A stretch of DNA of 64,000 nucleotides from Methanobacteriota archaeon (GCA_020696385.1 JAEHCQ010000001.1:320001-384000), one strand, 5' to 3'. Numbered from the stretch's first letter, positions 51,777 through 61,800 are shown. The notes: generated by a model from the letters alone, not told the origin. Translations and numbers: made by a program.

Positions 51777-53960
51777 TCACTTTACCTTCGAGCCTGGTTC
51801 CATATCCTTATCTGGAACTATGCCAGAGGTTTCTGTTCTCAGGAGAAGCTCGGAGCCATCACTGATTATGACTGCTTTATTATCCTCTCCTATTCTAAGG
51901 ATGAACTTCTGAAACTCTGGGAAGCTTATCATCTTCTCGCCATTGGCTCCCAATATCCTGTCACCAGGTTTTGCATCACCATCCGGCATCAATATGGATA
52001 CCTTTTCCTCATCACTTGCGGCCAGGAGCATGCACTGTGATTCAATTCCTCTCAGCTTTGCTGGCTTCAGATTACAGACAACCGTGATGACCTTCCCCTC
52101 CAGCTCTTCCTTGGAGTAGTGTTCTTTGAGGCCAGCCACCAATTGTCTTTCTTCATCTCCAAGGTCGATTATCATGACAATGAGCTTGTCCGCATCCGGG
52201 TGGTCATGGACCTCGGCGATCCTTCCAATTCTCAGATCCAGCTTCTTCAATTCATCTGCTGGATTCACGGTCTCTGGTTCTGGCTCTGCCGGTGTCTCAA
52301 TATCATTGGTCATATCAATTTCCTCCAGTTTTTTGAACAGTGGCTCTGGCTTTTCAAGCTCCACTCCCGATATCGGGGGCTCCATGGTCTGTTCCCACTT
52401 TGCCTCAAGGACCTCTCCTTCCTCACCAAGGGATTCCCACAGTCTCTGGGATGAGAAGGGCATGAAGGGTGCCATGATGACAGCCAGTGCTTTTGATATT
52501 CTTAGTGAAGTGTGAAGTGTTATGGCACATTTGTCCCTATCCTGTTTCAACTCCGCCCATGGTGCTTTCGTGTCAATGTACTGGTTGCCATAACGTGCCA
52601 GTTCCATCGCTCGCTTGATAGCTCTCTTGAACTCGCATTTGTCCAGGTGCTCGGCAACATCATGGGCCACTTTTTTGATCTCCTCGATCGCTTCATTGTC
52701 AGGGATACCCAATAAACCAGGCCTTTCAGGTATTTGGCCAAAGTTCTTCTGCGTGAAGCTCAGGGTCCTGTGAACGAAGTTCCCATAGGTCGCCACAAGT
52801 TCGTTATTGTTCCTCGTCCTGAAATCATCCCATGTGAAATCAGTGTCTCGGTTCTCAGGCATGATGGAGGTCATGTAATACCTCATGGCATCCGGGTCAT
52901 ATTGATCCAAGATGTCCTTTATCGAGAATGACACCCCGCGGGATTTGGAGAATTGCTGGCCCTCGAACCTCAAGAGAGCATTGCCTGGAACATCATAGGG
53001 TAGATTGAGCTCTCGATCAAAGGAGCGGAGAACTGCTGGCCAAAATATTGTGTGAAATGGGATATTGTCCTTTCCGAGGAAGTAATAATGACGGCATTCC
53101 GGGTTCTTCCAGAAGCTGTCAAGCTTTTGTTGATCGACCTGGCCATTCTCATCCATCGCCCATTTGACAGCCATCGTGTAATAGCCCATAAAAGCCTCAA
53201 ACCAGACATAGATGCGCTTATCATCGTGCCCGTCAAAAGGAATTTTGATACCATAGGTGGTGTCGCGGGTGACTGGCCTGTCTTTTAATCCGCCTTCTAT
53301 GAACATTCTGGAGAAATTGAGAACATGAGGTCGCCAGTAGTCCTTATCTGACATCCATTCCTTCAGTTCTTGCTCAAGGGCACTCAGCTTGAAGAAGAAA
53401 TGACTGCGTGTCACGAACTTCGGCTCCGAGCCACAGGTCGTGCATCTGAGAGATATCAGCATATCAGGATCCATCAGCTTTCCGCATTCCTCGCACTGAT
53501 CTCCCCTAGCATTCTCAAAATGGCAAAAGGGGCATTCGCCCTCCACATATCTATCTGGCAGGGTCCGGTCGCATTCGCCGCAATAGGGAAGTTCCATCTC
53601 TTTCTCATATAGATAGCCATTCTCGTGAATGGTCTTGAACAAATGGCTGACAGTTTCAATATGAACTGGATCCTCGGTACTGTGGAATTCGTCGAACTCT
53701 ATCCCGAAGTCCTTGAGAGCCTTGTCATTCATGGTGTGGTATTTCTGGGCTAGTTCCTCTGGCTTGATGCCCTCCTTCTCGGCTCCGACCGTGACTGGGG
53801 TACCGTGCATGTCCGAGCCAGACACCATCAGGACCTCATTACCTCTCATGATGTGGAACTTGCGGAATATGTCTGGGGGAAGATTGCATCCTGCCATGTG
53901 GCCAACATGAATAGGCCCATTTGCATAGGGCCAGGCCACTCCAATGAATATCTTGTCCAT
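51777..53960 (-). CDS. metG: Methionine--tRNA ligase with C-terminal tRNA-binding domain
   Basis: AWPYANGPIHVGH, two Zn knuckles, YVWFEA, GKDNIPFH, FSKS, HPDADKL; ATG 53960 after GAGGTG. Confidence 0.97.
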   Translation of the reverse strand: MDKIFIGVAWPYANGPIHVGHMAGCNLPPDIFRKFHIMRGNEVLMVSGSDMHGTPVTVGAEKEGIKPEELAQKYHTMNDKALKDFGIEFDEFHSTEDPVHIETVSHLFKTIHENGYLYEKEMELPYCGECDRTLPDRYVEGECPFCHFENARGDQCEECGKLMDPDMLISLRCTTCGSEPKFVTRSHFFFKLSALEQELKEWMSDKDYWRPHVLNFSRMFIEGGLKDRPVTRDTTYGIKIPFDGHDDKRIYVWFEAFMGYYTMAVKWAMDENGQVDQQKLDSFWKNPECRHYYFLGKDNIPFHTIFWPAVLRSFDRELNLPYDVPGNALLRFEGQQFSKSRGVSFSIKDILDQYDPDAMRYYMTSIMPENRDTDFTWDDFRTRNNNELVATYGNFVHRTLSFTQKNFGQIPERPGLLGIPDNEAIEEIKKVAHDVAEHLDKCEFKRAIKRAMELARYGNQYIDTKAPWAELKQDRDKCAITLHTSLRISKALAVIMAPFMPFSSQRLWESLGEEGEVLEAKWEQTMEPPISGVELEKPEPLFKKLEEIDMTNDIETPAEPEPETVNPADELKKLDLRIGRIAEVHDHPDADKLIVMIIDLGDEERQLVAGLKEHYSKEELEGKVITVVCNLKPAKLRGIESQCMLLAASDEEKVSILMPDGDAKPGDRILGANGEKMISFPEFQKFILRIGEDNKAVIISDGSELLLRTETSGIVPDKDMEPGSKVK

Positions 53961-54052
53961 TCTAAGCACCTCTGATTATACAGGCTGATACAGATATAGG
54001 ATTTATAATTTTATGAGTATAGAAAGTCTTTGATTTGAATAAAATAGTATGA

Positions 54053-54112
54053 GGGCCGGGATGGGAAAAATGAGGTCTATTCGACGTATATTCTCATTTT
54101 TCACGCCAGCCC
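54053..54112 (-). ncRNA. Candidate hairpin RNA ending in a copy of the tRNA-His 3' end and trailer
   Basis: GGGCUGG/CCGGCCC outer stem, 10-bp inner stem GAAAAAUGAG/CUCAUUUUUC; 3' end UCCCGGCCCUCAUAC identical to tRNA-His. Confidence 0.4.
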
Positions 54113-54219
54113 AATTCTGAATTAATTAAAGTACTGGCTAAGAATTGGGCGTATATATTCGATGTCTCATATTGTTTTATGAGTATGATAACTAATTGAC
54201 GAAAATAAAATGGTATGAG

Positions 54220-54292
54220 GGCCGGGACCGAGAATTGAACCCGGGACGGGGGCTCCACAGGCCCCTAGGATAACCACTACCCCACCCCGGCC
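54220..54292 (-). tRNA. tRNA-His (GUG), encoded G-1, no CCA
   Basis: Acceptor GCCGGGG/UCCCGGC, D-arm, anticodon arm GGGGC-CUGUGGA-GCCCC, T-loop GGUUCAAUUC. Confidence 0.95.
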
Positions 54293-54452
54293 ATACTGTG
54301 CGATTGATTACTTATTGTGGGAACGTGGAAGACCTACAAACATGACATTATATAAAAATTTAGCAGGATACATATCCAAAATGAGTATTTATTGGATTCA
54401 ATTTAATATTAGGGAGCTATCATTTATATCGGTAAAGTGCATTTCCTCCAGT

Positions 54453-55478
54453 ATGGTAGAAGGGGAAGGGCCAATTCCCATAATATCAGCCAGTGATCTG
54501 GAAAAATATGGATACTGTCCATTGAGCTGGTGGTTGAGCATTGGCCTGTCGAATGATAACGAGGAAGATAAAAAAAGAGTTCTGGCAACAGGCACAGAGA
54601 AGCACAAGAGCCTGAGCAAGGACCTCAATAGTATCCTGGAGGGCGAGAGCATGGCGAAGGAATCCGAGACAACGGTCCTATGGTTCGCCATAGCGGCCAC
54701 TCTGATATGCCTGGTGGGACTTTCTCTGGTATTCAAGGCAGACCTTAATATTGGACTTATAATGGGCGTGATCGCCCTTATATGGATCCTGGCGGCATGC
54801 TATTTCCTTTATCTCGCAGAGACCATATCACAGAAAAAGACCAAGATGATCTATCAGAGGATCATTCTCATCTTCGCCATTGTGGGGGCCATAATAGGCG
54901 TGAATTCCCTCACAGTTCTGGAGCGATATTTCAGCCCGGAAGGAGCTGAGATCTTACTTGCACTTTCTCTTGTCTGGCTAATTGCCGCTTCTTATTTCCT
55001 GTACAGATCGCTAAAACATGTGCACGGAGCCATGAAAAAGAGACATCTGAGGAAGGTGAAGGAACAGATAGCGTATGTGGATACTGATGATAAAAAACCG
55101 AAATTATTCATATCCAAGAAACTTGGGTTGAGTGGCAGGCCAGACTATGTACTTCTGATCGATGATGGGCATATACCTGTCGAGGTCAAGACCGGTCGCA
55201 CACCACGCGGTCCGCTTTTCTCCCACATAATGCAAACAGCGGCCTACTGTATCCTGATAGATGAGGAATATGGCGAGGCTCCTCCTTATGGTATCCTGAG
55301 ATATGAAACAGCCGAGCACGAGATAGAGTATGATGATTCTCTCAAGGATCTGGTCATAACAAAACTTGAAGAGATGAGGAATATATTTATATCAAAGGAA
55401 GTGCACAGGAATCACAATAAGCCAGGCAAATGCAGGAATTGTTCAAGAAGAGCAATATGCCAGGAAAGGTTGGATTAG
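54453..55478 (+). CDS. Solo Cas4-like PD-(D/E)xK nuclease with four TM helices inserted
   Basis: ISASDLEKYGYCP...4 TM...LSGRPDY, PVEVKTG, QTAAY, KCRNCSRRAIC; ATG 54453 about 25 nt after a TTTATATC TATA box. Confidence 0.85.
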   Translation: MVEGEGPIPIISASDLEKYGYCPLSWWLSIGLSNDNEEDKKRVLATGTEKHKSLSKDLNSILEGESMAKESETTVLWFAIAATLICLVGLSLVFKADLNIGLIMGVIALIWILAACYFLYLAETISQKKTKMIYQRIILIFAIVGAIIGVNSLTVLERYFSPEGAEILLALSLVWLIAASYFLYRSLKHVHGAMKKRHLRKVKEQIAYVDTDDKKPKLFISKKLGLSGRPDYVLLIDDGHIPVEVKTGRTPRGPLFSHIMQTAAYCILIDEEYGEAPPYGILRYETAEHEIEYDDSLKDLVITKLEEMRNIFISKEVHRNHNKPGKCRNCSRRAICQERLD

Positions 55479-55583
55479 TCTAATTGTGACTAATCCAATA
55501 GAAATACACATTGTTTTAAACGTCAAGGATCACAATAGACCCTTGGCCCTTGCTCTTGTATATAATCCAGGAGGGTTTGATAT

Positions 55584-55925
55584 CTATTTGATGTCCTGTT
55601 CATAATTGAGACCGCTGAGAAGAGCGATTTCCGCCTTTTGGATCTCCCTTCCAAGGTAGGCCGCATGCTCCATTCTTGAGACCAGATTCTCTCTGACTAT
55701 GGTATGACAAAGAGCTTCAGCATTCCTTCCACATACCGTGGCCATGAGCTTTCCAGTATCGGTCTTCTTGGAATCCTTACCCTTGGAGACATTCTCATAG
55801 AACTCGACAACTATCTCCTTTCTTGATTTATCTATGAATATTACAAAGAATCCTTTTGGATCCAGTGTCAGGCGCACATCCTTCTCTGCTTCTATTGGCT
55901 CTATGTCCATATTGAGGTCCTCCAT
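55584..55925 (-). CDS. DUF4346 domain protein
   Basis: LDPKGFFVI, VSRMEHAAYLGREIQKAEIAL..YEQD; TAATG overlap with the upstream gene. Confidence 0.88.
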   Translation of the reverse strand: MEDLNMDIEPIEAEKDVRLTLDPKGFFVIFIDKSRKEIVVEFYENVSKGKDSKKTDTGKLMATVCGRNAEALCHTIVRENLVSRMEHAAYLGREIQKAEIALLSGLNYEQDIK

Positions 55926-56896
55926 TATTCCAGCTCCTTTTCCACTTGATCTCTGGCCTCGACCATGTTTTTCAGTTTCTGGCAGGCGACCTTTTGATCA
56001 AGGTTCCTCAATCCGCAATCAGGATCGAGTAAGAGCTTGTCCTCACTAAATAGGTCGAGCCCCTTTAAAATCCTTTCTTTGATTTTATTGACAGGCTCTG
56101 CTTCGTTCACATCGGATCGAACACATCCAAATCCCAGCTTCTGAGGGAAATCAAATCCAGCCACAAAATTATCCAATCCAGTATGCGCCGCGAACTCATG
56201 ATCAAGAATATCAACCTTGATCTCAATGAGGTCTTCGAACAGGGGCTGGATGTCACCACATACATGAAGGGCTTTGTACACATTCGTGTTCTTCAGAATT
56301 ATCTCGACCAGGTCCTTGCCGTATTCAGGCCGATCTATCGAGAAGAAGGGCTCGTCCACCTGTATGACATCGACGATGTCCGAGATGGCTTCCACTTCTT
56401 TTGAAAAAGCCTCCGCGATATCAAAGGCCAGGTTTTCCACATTCCCATAATGCTCATCCACGCAGGAGCGTGCCATCGTATACGCTCCAGTTATGATGCC
56501 CTTGATCTTCACATTGTCTCCAATAAGACCTCTCGCATACAGGAGATCGTCTTTGGTTATCGGGGAATTGAATGATATATCGCCAATGACCACTGGCCGA
56601 GTCTTCATCCTTATTCCATTCAGCTTCGAGGCGAAGAGAGTGACCATGTCATTCCGGGTCTGTCCATCCGATATGATGTCTATGCCAGCATCCAGCTGGG
56701 CCTGTACAGATCGTTCTAAACTTATTTTGAATGGATCTGGATCAATAGATGTATCCAGATCATTGGGTGATCCTTTCATAGATGTGATACGCCCCACATC
56801 AATGTTGTATGACCTTTCGAAATCCCGACCCAGAGGTCTGGCCGGGAAGCTTCCGACGACCGTGGTCGTCAATCTACGTCCGCTCACTTCACTCAC
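55925..56896 (-). CDS. Core (single-barrel, methylcorrinoid-dependent) methionine synthase, MesA-like
   Basis: TTVVGSFP, QLDAGIDIISDGQTR, QVDEP, Zn ligands HVC...E...PDCGL; GTG start 56896 overlapping the mtrH stop (GTGA). Confidence 0.88.
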   Translation of the reverse strand: MSEVSGRRLTTTVVGSFPARPLGRDFERSYNIDVGRITSMKGSPNDLDTSIDPDPFKISLERSVQAQLDAGIDIISDGQTRNDMVTLFASKLNGIRMKTRPVVIGDISFNSPITKDDLLYARGLIGDNVKIKGIITGAYTMARSCVDEHYGNVENLAFDIAEAFSKEVEAISDIVDVIQVDEPFFSIDRPEYGKDLVEIILKNTNVYKALHVCGDIQPLFEDLIEIKVDILDHEFAAHTGLDNFVAGFDFPQKLGFGCVRSDVNEAEPVNKIKERILKGLDLFSEDKLLLDPDCGLRNLDQKVACQKLKNMVEARDQVEKELE

Positions 56897-57822
56897 TTCA
56901 ATCTCCTCTTTGGATGGTTCTCGGGGATCTCGATGCCGAAATAATCCTCTCCGCCTTCCGCGATGAACTTGTCCACCATAGCGATGAAGGGGAATATCTG
57001 GCCAGCATTCCTCATCGGGCCATATACACAATAGTCAGCCCCCATCATAACGGGGAGAGCATTCGCTCCGACATCGCAAGTCAAGTATGCCTCGCGATGT
57101 GTCTTTCTGTAATCTTTCATCCAGAGCCATGATTCCACGGTGTTATGGATCGCGCATCCTGCTGGCAATCCCCACTTGTTCTTCATCACGGGGATCGACC
57201 TGATGGTCTCCGCAGTATTATGGTCAAAAGGAGTTGCTCCAGTATCGATTATCATGTTTGGGATATTGGCTTCCTTCGCAATATCCAGAAGGCCTTGATC
57301 CAAAAGGCCAGCACCATTTTCCAGTATCTCCATCCTGCCATCGGTGCTCATGTTCTTCGGATTGTAGCCCAGCACGATGGCACAACCTGGTGGGTTCGCT
57401 GCCAGTGCTTCTTTCTCCATCTCTTCCAATCCCAGATTCAGTGAATTGTAGATAAGCCTCTTTGAGACTCCGATCTCTCCAGCATGGTCCAGTACCTTCG
57501 CCCGTAGTTCGCTTTCAGGAACATCCACGCATATCGGTCTGTTCTCCGGAACCCGGTCAAGAACAAAGCTCAATCGGGTCTCTATCTGCTCCTCCGACCC
57601 GATGAATATATCGCATATTCCTGGATTGCCAGTCATTTGACTTAGCTCTTCCTGGGTGGCGATAAAGCCATCTATTTCCTCCATGGCTTCCGGTGAATGA
57701 TCTATGTATTTCTTTCCGTAAAATACGGTCCCGAACAGTACGGTGGGCGATTCCCCAGGTTGTCCGCCCATGCTCATATCGCCTATTTTTATCTTAATTT
57801 GCTCTTTTGAAAAGTTCAACAT
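56893..57822 (-). CDS. mtrH: Methyl-tetrahydropterin:corrinoid methyltransferase MtrH/MtxH
   Basis: GGQPGESPTVLFGTVFY, IYNSLN, KWGLPAGCAIHN, GADYCVYGP; ATG 57822 after GGAGGAG. Confidence 0.9.
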   Translation of the reverse strand: MLNFSKEQIKIKIGDMSMGGQPGESPTVLFGTVFYGKKYIDHSPEAMEEIDGFIATQEELSQMTGNPGICDIFIGSEEQIETRLSFVLDRVPENRPICVDVPESELRAKVLDHAGEIGVSKRLIYNSLNLGLEEMEKEALAANPPGCAIVLGYNPKNMSTDGRMEILENGAGLLDQGLLDIAKEANIPNMIIDTGATPFDHNTAETIRSIPVMKNKWGLPAGCAIHNTVESWLWMKDYRKTHREAYLTCDVGANALPVMMGADYCVYGPMRNAGQIFPFIAMVDKFIAEGGEDYFGIEIPENHPKRRLK

Positions 57823-57823
57823 A

Positions 57824-58411
57824 TTAACTCTCCTCCACAGGCATTTGCTCAAGCTCGAGGAAGGGATCCAGTATCAGGTCCTTGTGGAATCCTATCTTGC
57901 CAGTTAATCGCTTTACAGACGGTCTGTCGCCATTCTTATTGTCCACAAGCTCCACGATATAAGGCTCACCAAATGGCTCATGATCGATCGCCAGTTGTTC
58001 CTCCACGACCTTCATGATCTCGACCTTATCGGTTATGTCGATCATATTGACGATCTCTATCTGCTGGCGAAAGCGTTCGATCGCCTCTTCATCAATGTTC
58101 TCGATGAAGGGAACCGCGCCCTTCGCGCCAGATATCCTTCCATTGTCATCAATACCCTTGCTGTGAAGTGATAGAAGGCTGTGGCCAGACCTATGGCCGC
58201 GTACTTCTTCACCACAGAGTATTAGAATTCGAATATTCGGATTGGAGATGACATTCGCCACAACCTTCTCAATACCCAGGTTCTCGGTCTTCATGTGACC
58301 CCATATCGCGACTTTCTCTTCGGGAAAGTCAATGATACTGGCCAGTGTGACTATCGAAACTGAACTATTGGGATTTCCAATTGTGTATTCTCCTCTCCAT
58401 GGGTACATCAT
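57824..58411 (-). CDS. mtrA: Soluble MtrA/MtxA-like corrinoid protein
   Basis: GEYTIGNPNSSV, KTENLGIEKVVANVISNPNIR, CGEEVRGHRSG (Co-ligand His), GAVPFIEN; no C-terminal TM anchor. Confidence 0.9.
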   Translation of the reverse strand: MMYPWRGEYTIGNPNSSVSIVTLASIIDFPEEKVAIWGHMKTENLGIEKVVANVISNPNIRILILCGEEVRGHRSGHSLLSLHSKGIDDNGRISGAKGAVPFIENIDEEAIERFRQQIEIVNMIDITDKVEIMKVVEEQLAIDHEPFGEPYIVELVDNKNGDRPSVKRLTGKIGFHKDLILDPFLELEQMPVEES

Positions 58412-58594
58412 GTTCTCACCGATCGATGATCGTACGGATCATCCCGGGATTATGAGTTTCTACACTTAAAGATATTTGCTGAGATTTAATCAGATCATGG
58501 TAAGGATGACTCGGTAATTATCAGCAGGAATTTAGTAAATATCAAAGGAGAATTTAAGGAAAATTATTTATTCAATAATAGATTGACCAGGCCT

Positions 58595-58662
58595 GTGTGA
58601 AGGGGCAAAATTATACCCTTCGGGGTACTATTTTAACTCTTCTTCCCACACCCCCTTCACAC
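58595..58662 (+). ncRNA. Candidate structured small RNA with a C(UUCG)G tetraloop
   Basis: GTGTGAAGGGG/CCCCTTCACAC 11-bp stem enclosing AAAAT-TA-TACCC-TTCG-GGGTA-CT-ATTTT; T-run at 58680-58685. Confidence 0.4.
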
Positions 58663-58789
58663 TCCTTAATATGAGTTAGTTTTTTACATTGTAAAAATAT
58701 ATTACTAAAAAGTAGGTTAATTTGATTAAATTCCTTCAAAATTGAACGTTCAAGGCGAAACACTTAAGCCTTGAATGAATAATATAATT

Positions 58790-58863
58790 GTTGGCAAGAC
58801 TGGAAGAAAGTGTTATTATCCTTCCACTTCTCTCGACTCTTTCTCCATTCTAGTCTTGCCAAC
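58790..58863. repeat. Long inverted repeat (terminator or sRNA)
   Basis: GTTGGCAAGACT (58790-58801)/AGTCTTGCCAAC (58852-58863), extendable by GGAA/TTCT and GAAAG/CTTTC; 30 nt past the TPR gene stop. Confidence 0.6.
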
Positions 58864-58893
58864 CCATTTCTCAAAATTGGTAATCCATGATAG

Positions 58894-61800
58894 TTAGCTT
58901 TGTTTATAAACTTTTTTAATGTTCTTGGCCAGTCTTTCACTGATGCCCTTGACCTCGAGCAATTCAGCTTCAGATGCCTTTTCCAGATCCTTGAAAGATG
59001 TGAATCCAGCATCGTATATGGCCTCTGATTTGGAGAAGCCAACACCGGGTACGCCAACCAGAGCGTTGATGATCTCCTTCTTCTTTTCCTCCGGAGTCTT
59101 GGCCTTTGGCTTTCCTTTCTTATCGTGCTTGATGTCCGTGATGTCCTTGACATCCGTGGTGTCCTTGACATCCAGTATGTCTTCCAATTCCTCTATCACG
59201 GCATCTTCCTTCTCTTCTTCGGTGAACTTGGTTCCGCATTTGTCACAGAACTTGTCATCGATATTACCGATAGCGTCGCACGATGGACATCGGAATTGCT
59301 CACCGGCTATCATATCATCTTCGATATCCTCCGCAAGCTCAATTTCTGTTCTGTCCATCTCTGGCTCGTGAGTTTTTGCTTCCTCTTCCTTCTCACCCTG
59401 TGCTCCAAGTTTTCTTACAGCGGCATCCCGATTCTTGATCGCATCTCTGAAGCCAGGTTCTATTCCAAGTGCCCTTTCGAAGCATTCCAGAGCGAAGGAA
59501 TGCTCCTCCATCCTTGATAGTGCTATTCCTTTATTGTTCCAAGCTTCCGGATGTTCCGGATCGAGCTTAATAGCCTTATCCAGAACTTTTATCGCCTTGT
59601 CCAGCCTATCATCACTTATCAGAACGAAGCCTTTATTGGACAATAACAATGCAGTTTCATTTATGTTCAATGCCATGTCAAGGCATGATACGGATTCCCT
59701 GAACCTGTCCATCTCGTACAGAGCGGCGGCCTTATTGGCCCACGCATCACCATTGGCCTGATCTATGTCAATGGCCCTATCAAAATATTTTATGGAATCT
59801 TCTGGCTTGCCAGAGGCCAGAATGGCATTACCCTTATTGCACCAGGCTTCTGAGAAATCCGGGTCGATCTGTATAGCGCGGTCGAAGCAGAGGATGGAGT
59901 CGTCATGCTTTCCGATACTGAGTAAAGCAGCACCTTCCGCATTCCATACCTCGGATGCTCCGGGCTCAAGCTCGATAGCCCTATCAAAGCTCTCGATAGC
60001 CCCCTGGGTGTCTCCAAGGTTCATGTAGATATTTCCCCTTTCTATCCAAAGTACTGGCTCTTCTTCCTCCAGCCCTATGAGCACATCATTGGCCTTCAGG
60101 GCATCTTCGAATTCCCCGATCTCGATCAATGATGTTGATCGATTCATGAGGGCGGAAATATTATCGGGCTCCTTCTTGAGGACCAGGTCGAAATATTCAA
60201 TGGCATCATCAAATCTTCCCATCAAGTACAGTAAATTGGCTTTTTCCAGGTATGTGGATGAGCGTTCTTCCAATTCGATGGATTGATTCAGACAATCCAG
60301 TGCTTCATCATACTTCATCAGTCTTATGAGCATTTTAGACTTCTCAAAGAGAACAGCCTCTTCTCTCATCTCGTCTTCCAGAGCCAGTTTTTCCTCCACC
60401 TGTTCAAGTTCAGGTGGATCACCTACTGGCAATTCGGATTCAGGTAATGGAACCTTATCCTCCACTCCCAAACCACATTTGGAGCAGAAGGCTGCTTCTG
60501 CCGCAAGAGGTTCGGCACAGGCGGAACAAGCGGAGCCTGTTCCGACACCCATAAGATCGGCGAAGTCATCGGTAAGTGATGCCTCGCTGACAGTTGGCTT
60601 CTTACTTTCAATAGCAGCAAGCCTGGCCTTTTCCTCTTCTTTTTCCCGGGAATCCTTTTCCTCATCCGCGAGCCTCTTTTCTTCTTCTTCCAGCTTCAGT
60701 TCTTCTTCGGCCTTTTGTTTCTCTGCTTCTTCCCTCGCCCTTTTTTCTTCCTCTTCTATCAGGCGTAATCTCTCTTCTTCAGCCTCTCTTTCCCTTCTCT
60801 CTTCTTCTTCAATGAGACGGGTCTCATCGATTTCCTTCAGGGCTTCTTCAGCCTTTTTCTTTTCCTCAATGGCCAGGTCCCAATAGGGCTTTAGAAGTAG
60901 GGAATTATCAAAGGCATCGATGGCCCTTCTTGGGTCGCCATTTGCCATCTGTGCAATTCCCTTTTGATAGTAAACCTCGGGGCTTTTCTCAATGCCCAGT
61001 ACTTTGTCATAAGATATGATGCTCTGCTCATACTGCTCCATATCATGCAGTAATAGTCCTCGATTCAGCCAGGCTTCCTTGTAATCTGCCTTTTTGGCTA
61101 TGGCTCTATCGAAGGAATCCAGGGCATTACCATGATCCTTCATATATTTGAGTGCCACACCCTTATTGTTGAGAACATTGATATTGTCTGGCTCAAGGTA
61201 CAATACCTTATTGTAACATAGCACGGCTTCCTCATGTTTTCCCTGCTCGTGCAATGTCGCACCTTTATTATTCCAGGCCTTGGTGAAGTTCTTGTTTATC
61301 TTCAATGCCTGGTCATAGCACTGGATCTCATCATCATACCTTTGAAGATCGTAATAAATCGCTCCAAGATTATACCATGATTCCTCACTATCTGGATTCA
61401 CTTCCAGAGCTTTTTTGAAGCATTCGGCAGCTTCATCCAGTCGCTTCATGGCCTTCAGAACATTGCCTTTCATTATCCAGGCAAGGTCGTAGTTCGGCTT
61501 CATCTTCAAAGCATTATCATAATATTCGATGGCTTTCTTGAAATTACCCGAATTGAAGAAATCATTACCCCAGCCCATTTGGTTCTCCAGTTCGTCAATA
61601 CTTGGAAGGAATCTTTCTCCATCCAGCTCAAGTACCTTTTTCGAGTCCTGTTTCTTGAGGTCATCATCAAGTTCCAGTTCCTTGATAAGTAGCCCGAACT
61701 TGTCACCATCTGCAATGTTAACTCCAAGCAGATCGGCATACTTCCTCGCGTCCTTGGAGAGCTTGGTCGTGGATATGAAGATGGCCTTTACATCCATGCC

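Noticed and set aside
54453-55478. CRISPR-Cas locus
   Set aside because: No cas1/cas2, effector genes or repeat-spacer array in the window.
56893-58411. Evidence for methanogenesis
   Set aside because: Only soluble MtrA and MtrH, no membrane Mtr subunits or mcr here; the context points to methionine synthesis.
58412-58700. Cobalamin or SAM riboswitch ahead of mtrA
   Set aside because: Only an isolated GGGAA; no B12-box or SAM core recognisable, the UUCG loop favours the opposite strand, and mtrA has its own TATA-like box near 58465.
59131-59173. 18-bp tandem repeat
   Set aside because: Short in-frame DVKD(T/I)T linker repeat in the TPR protein.
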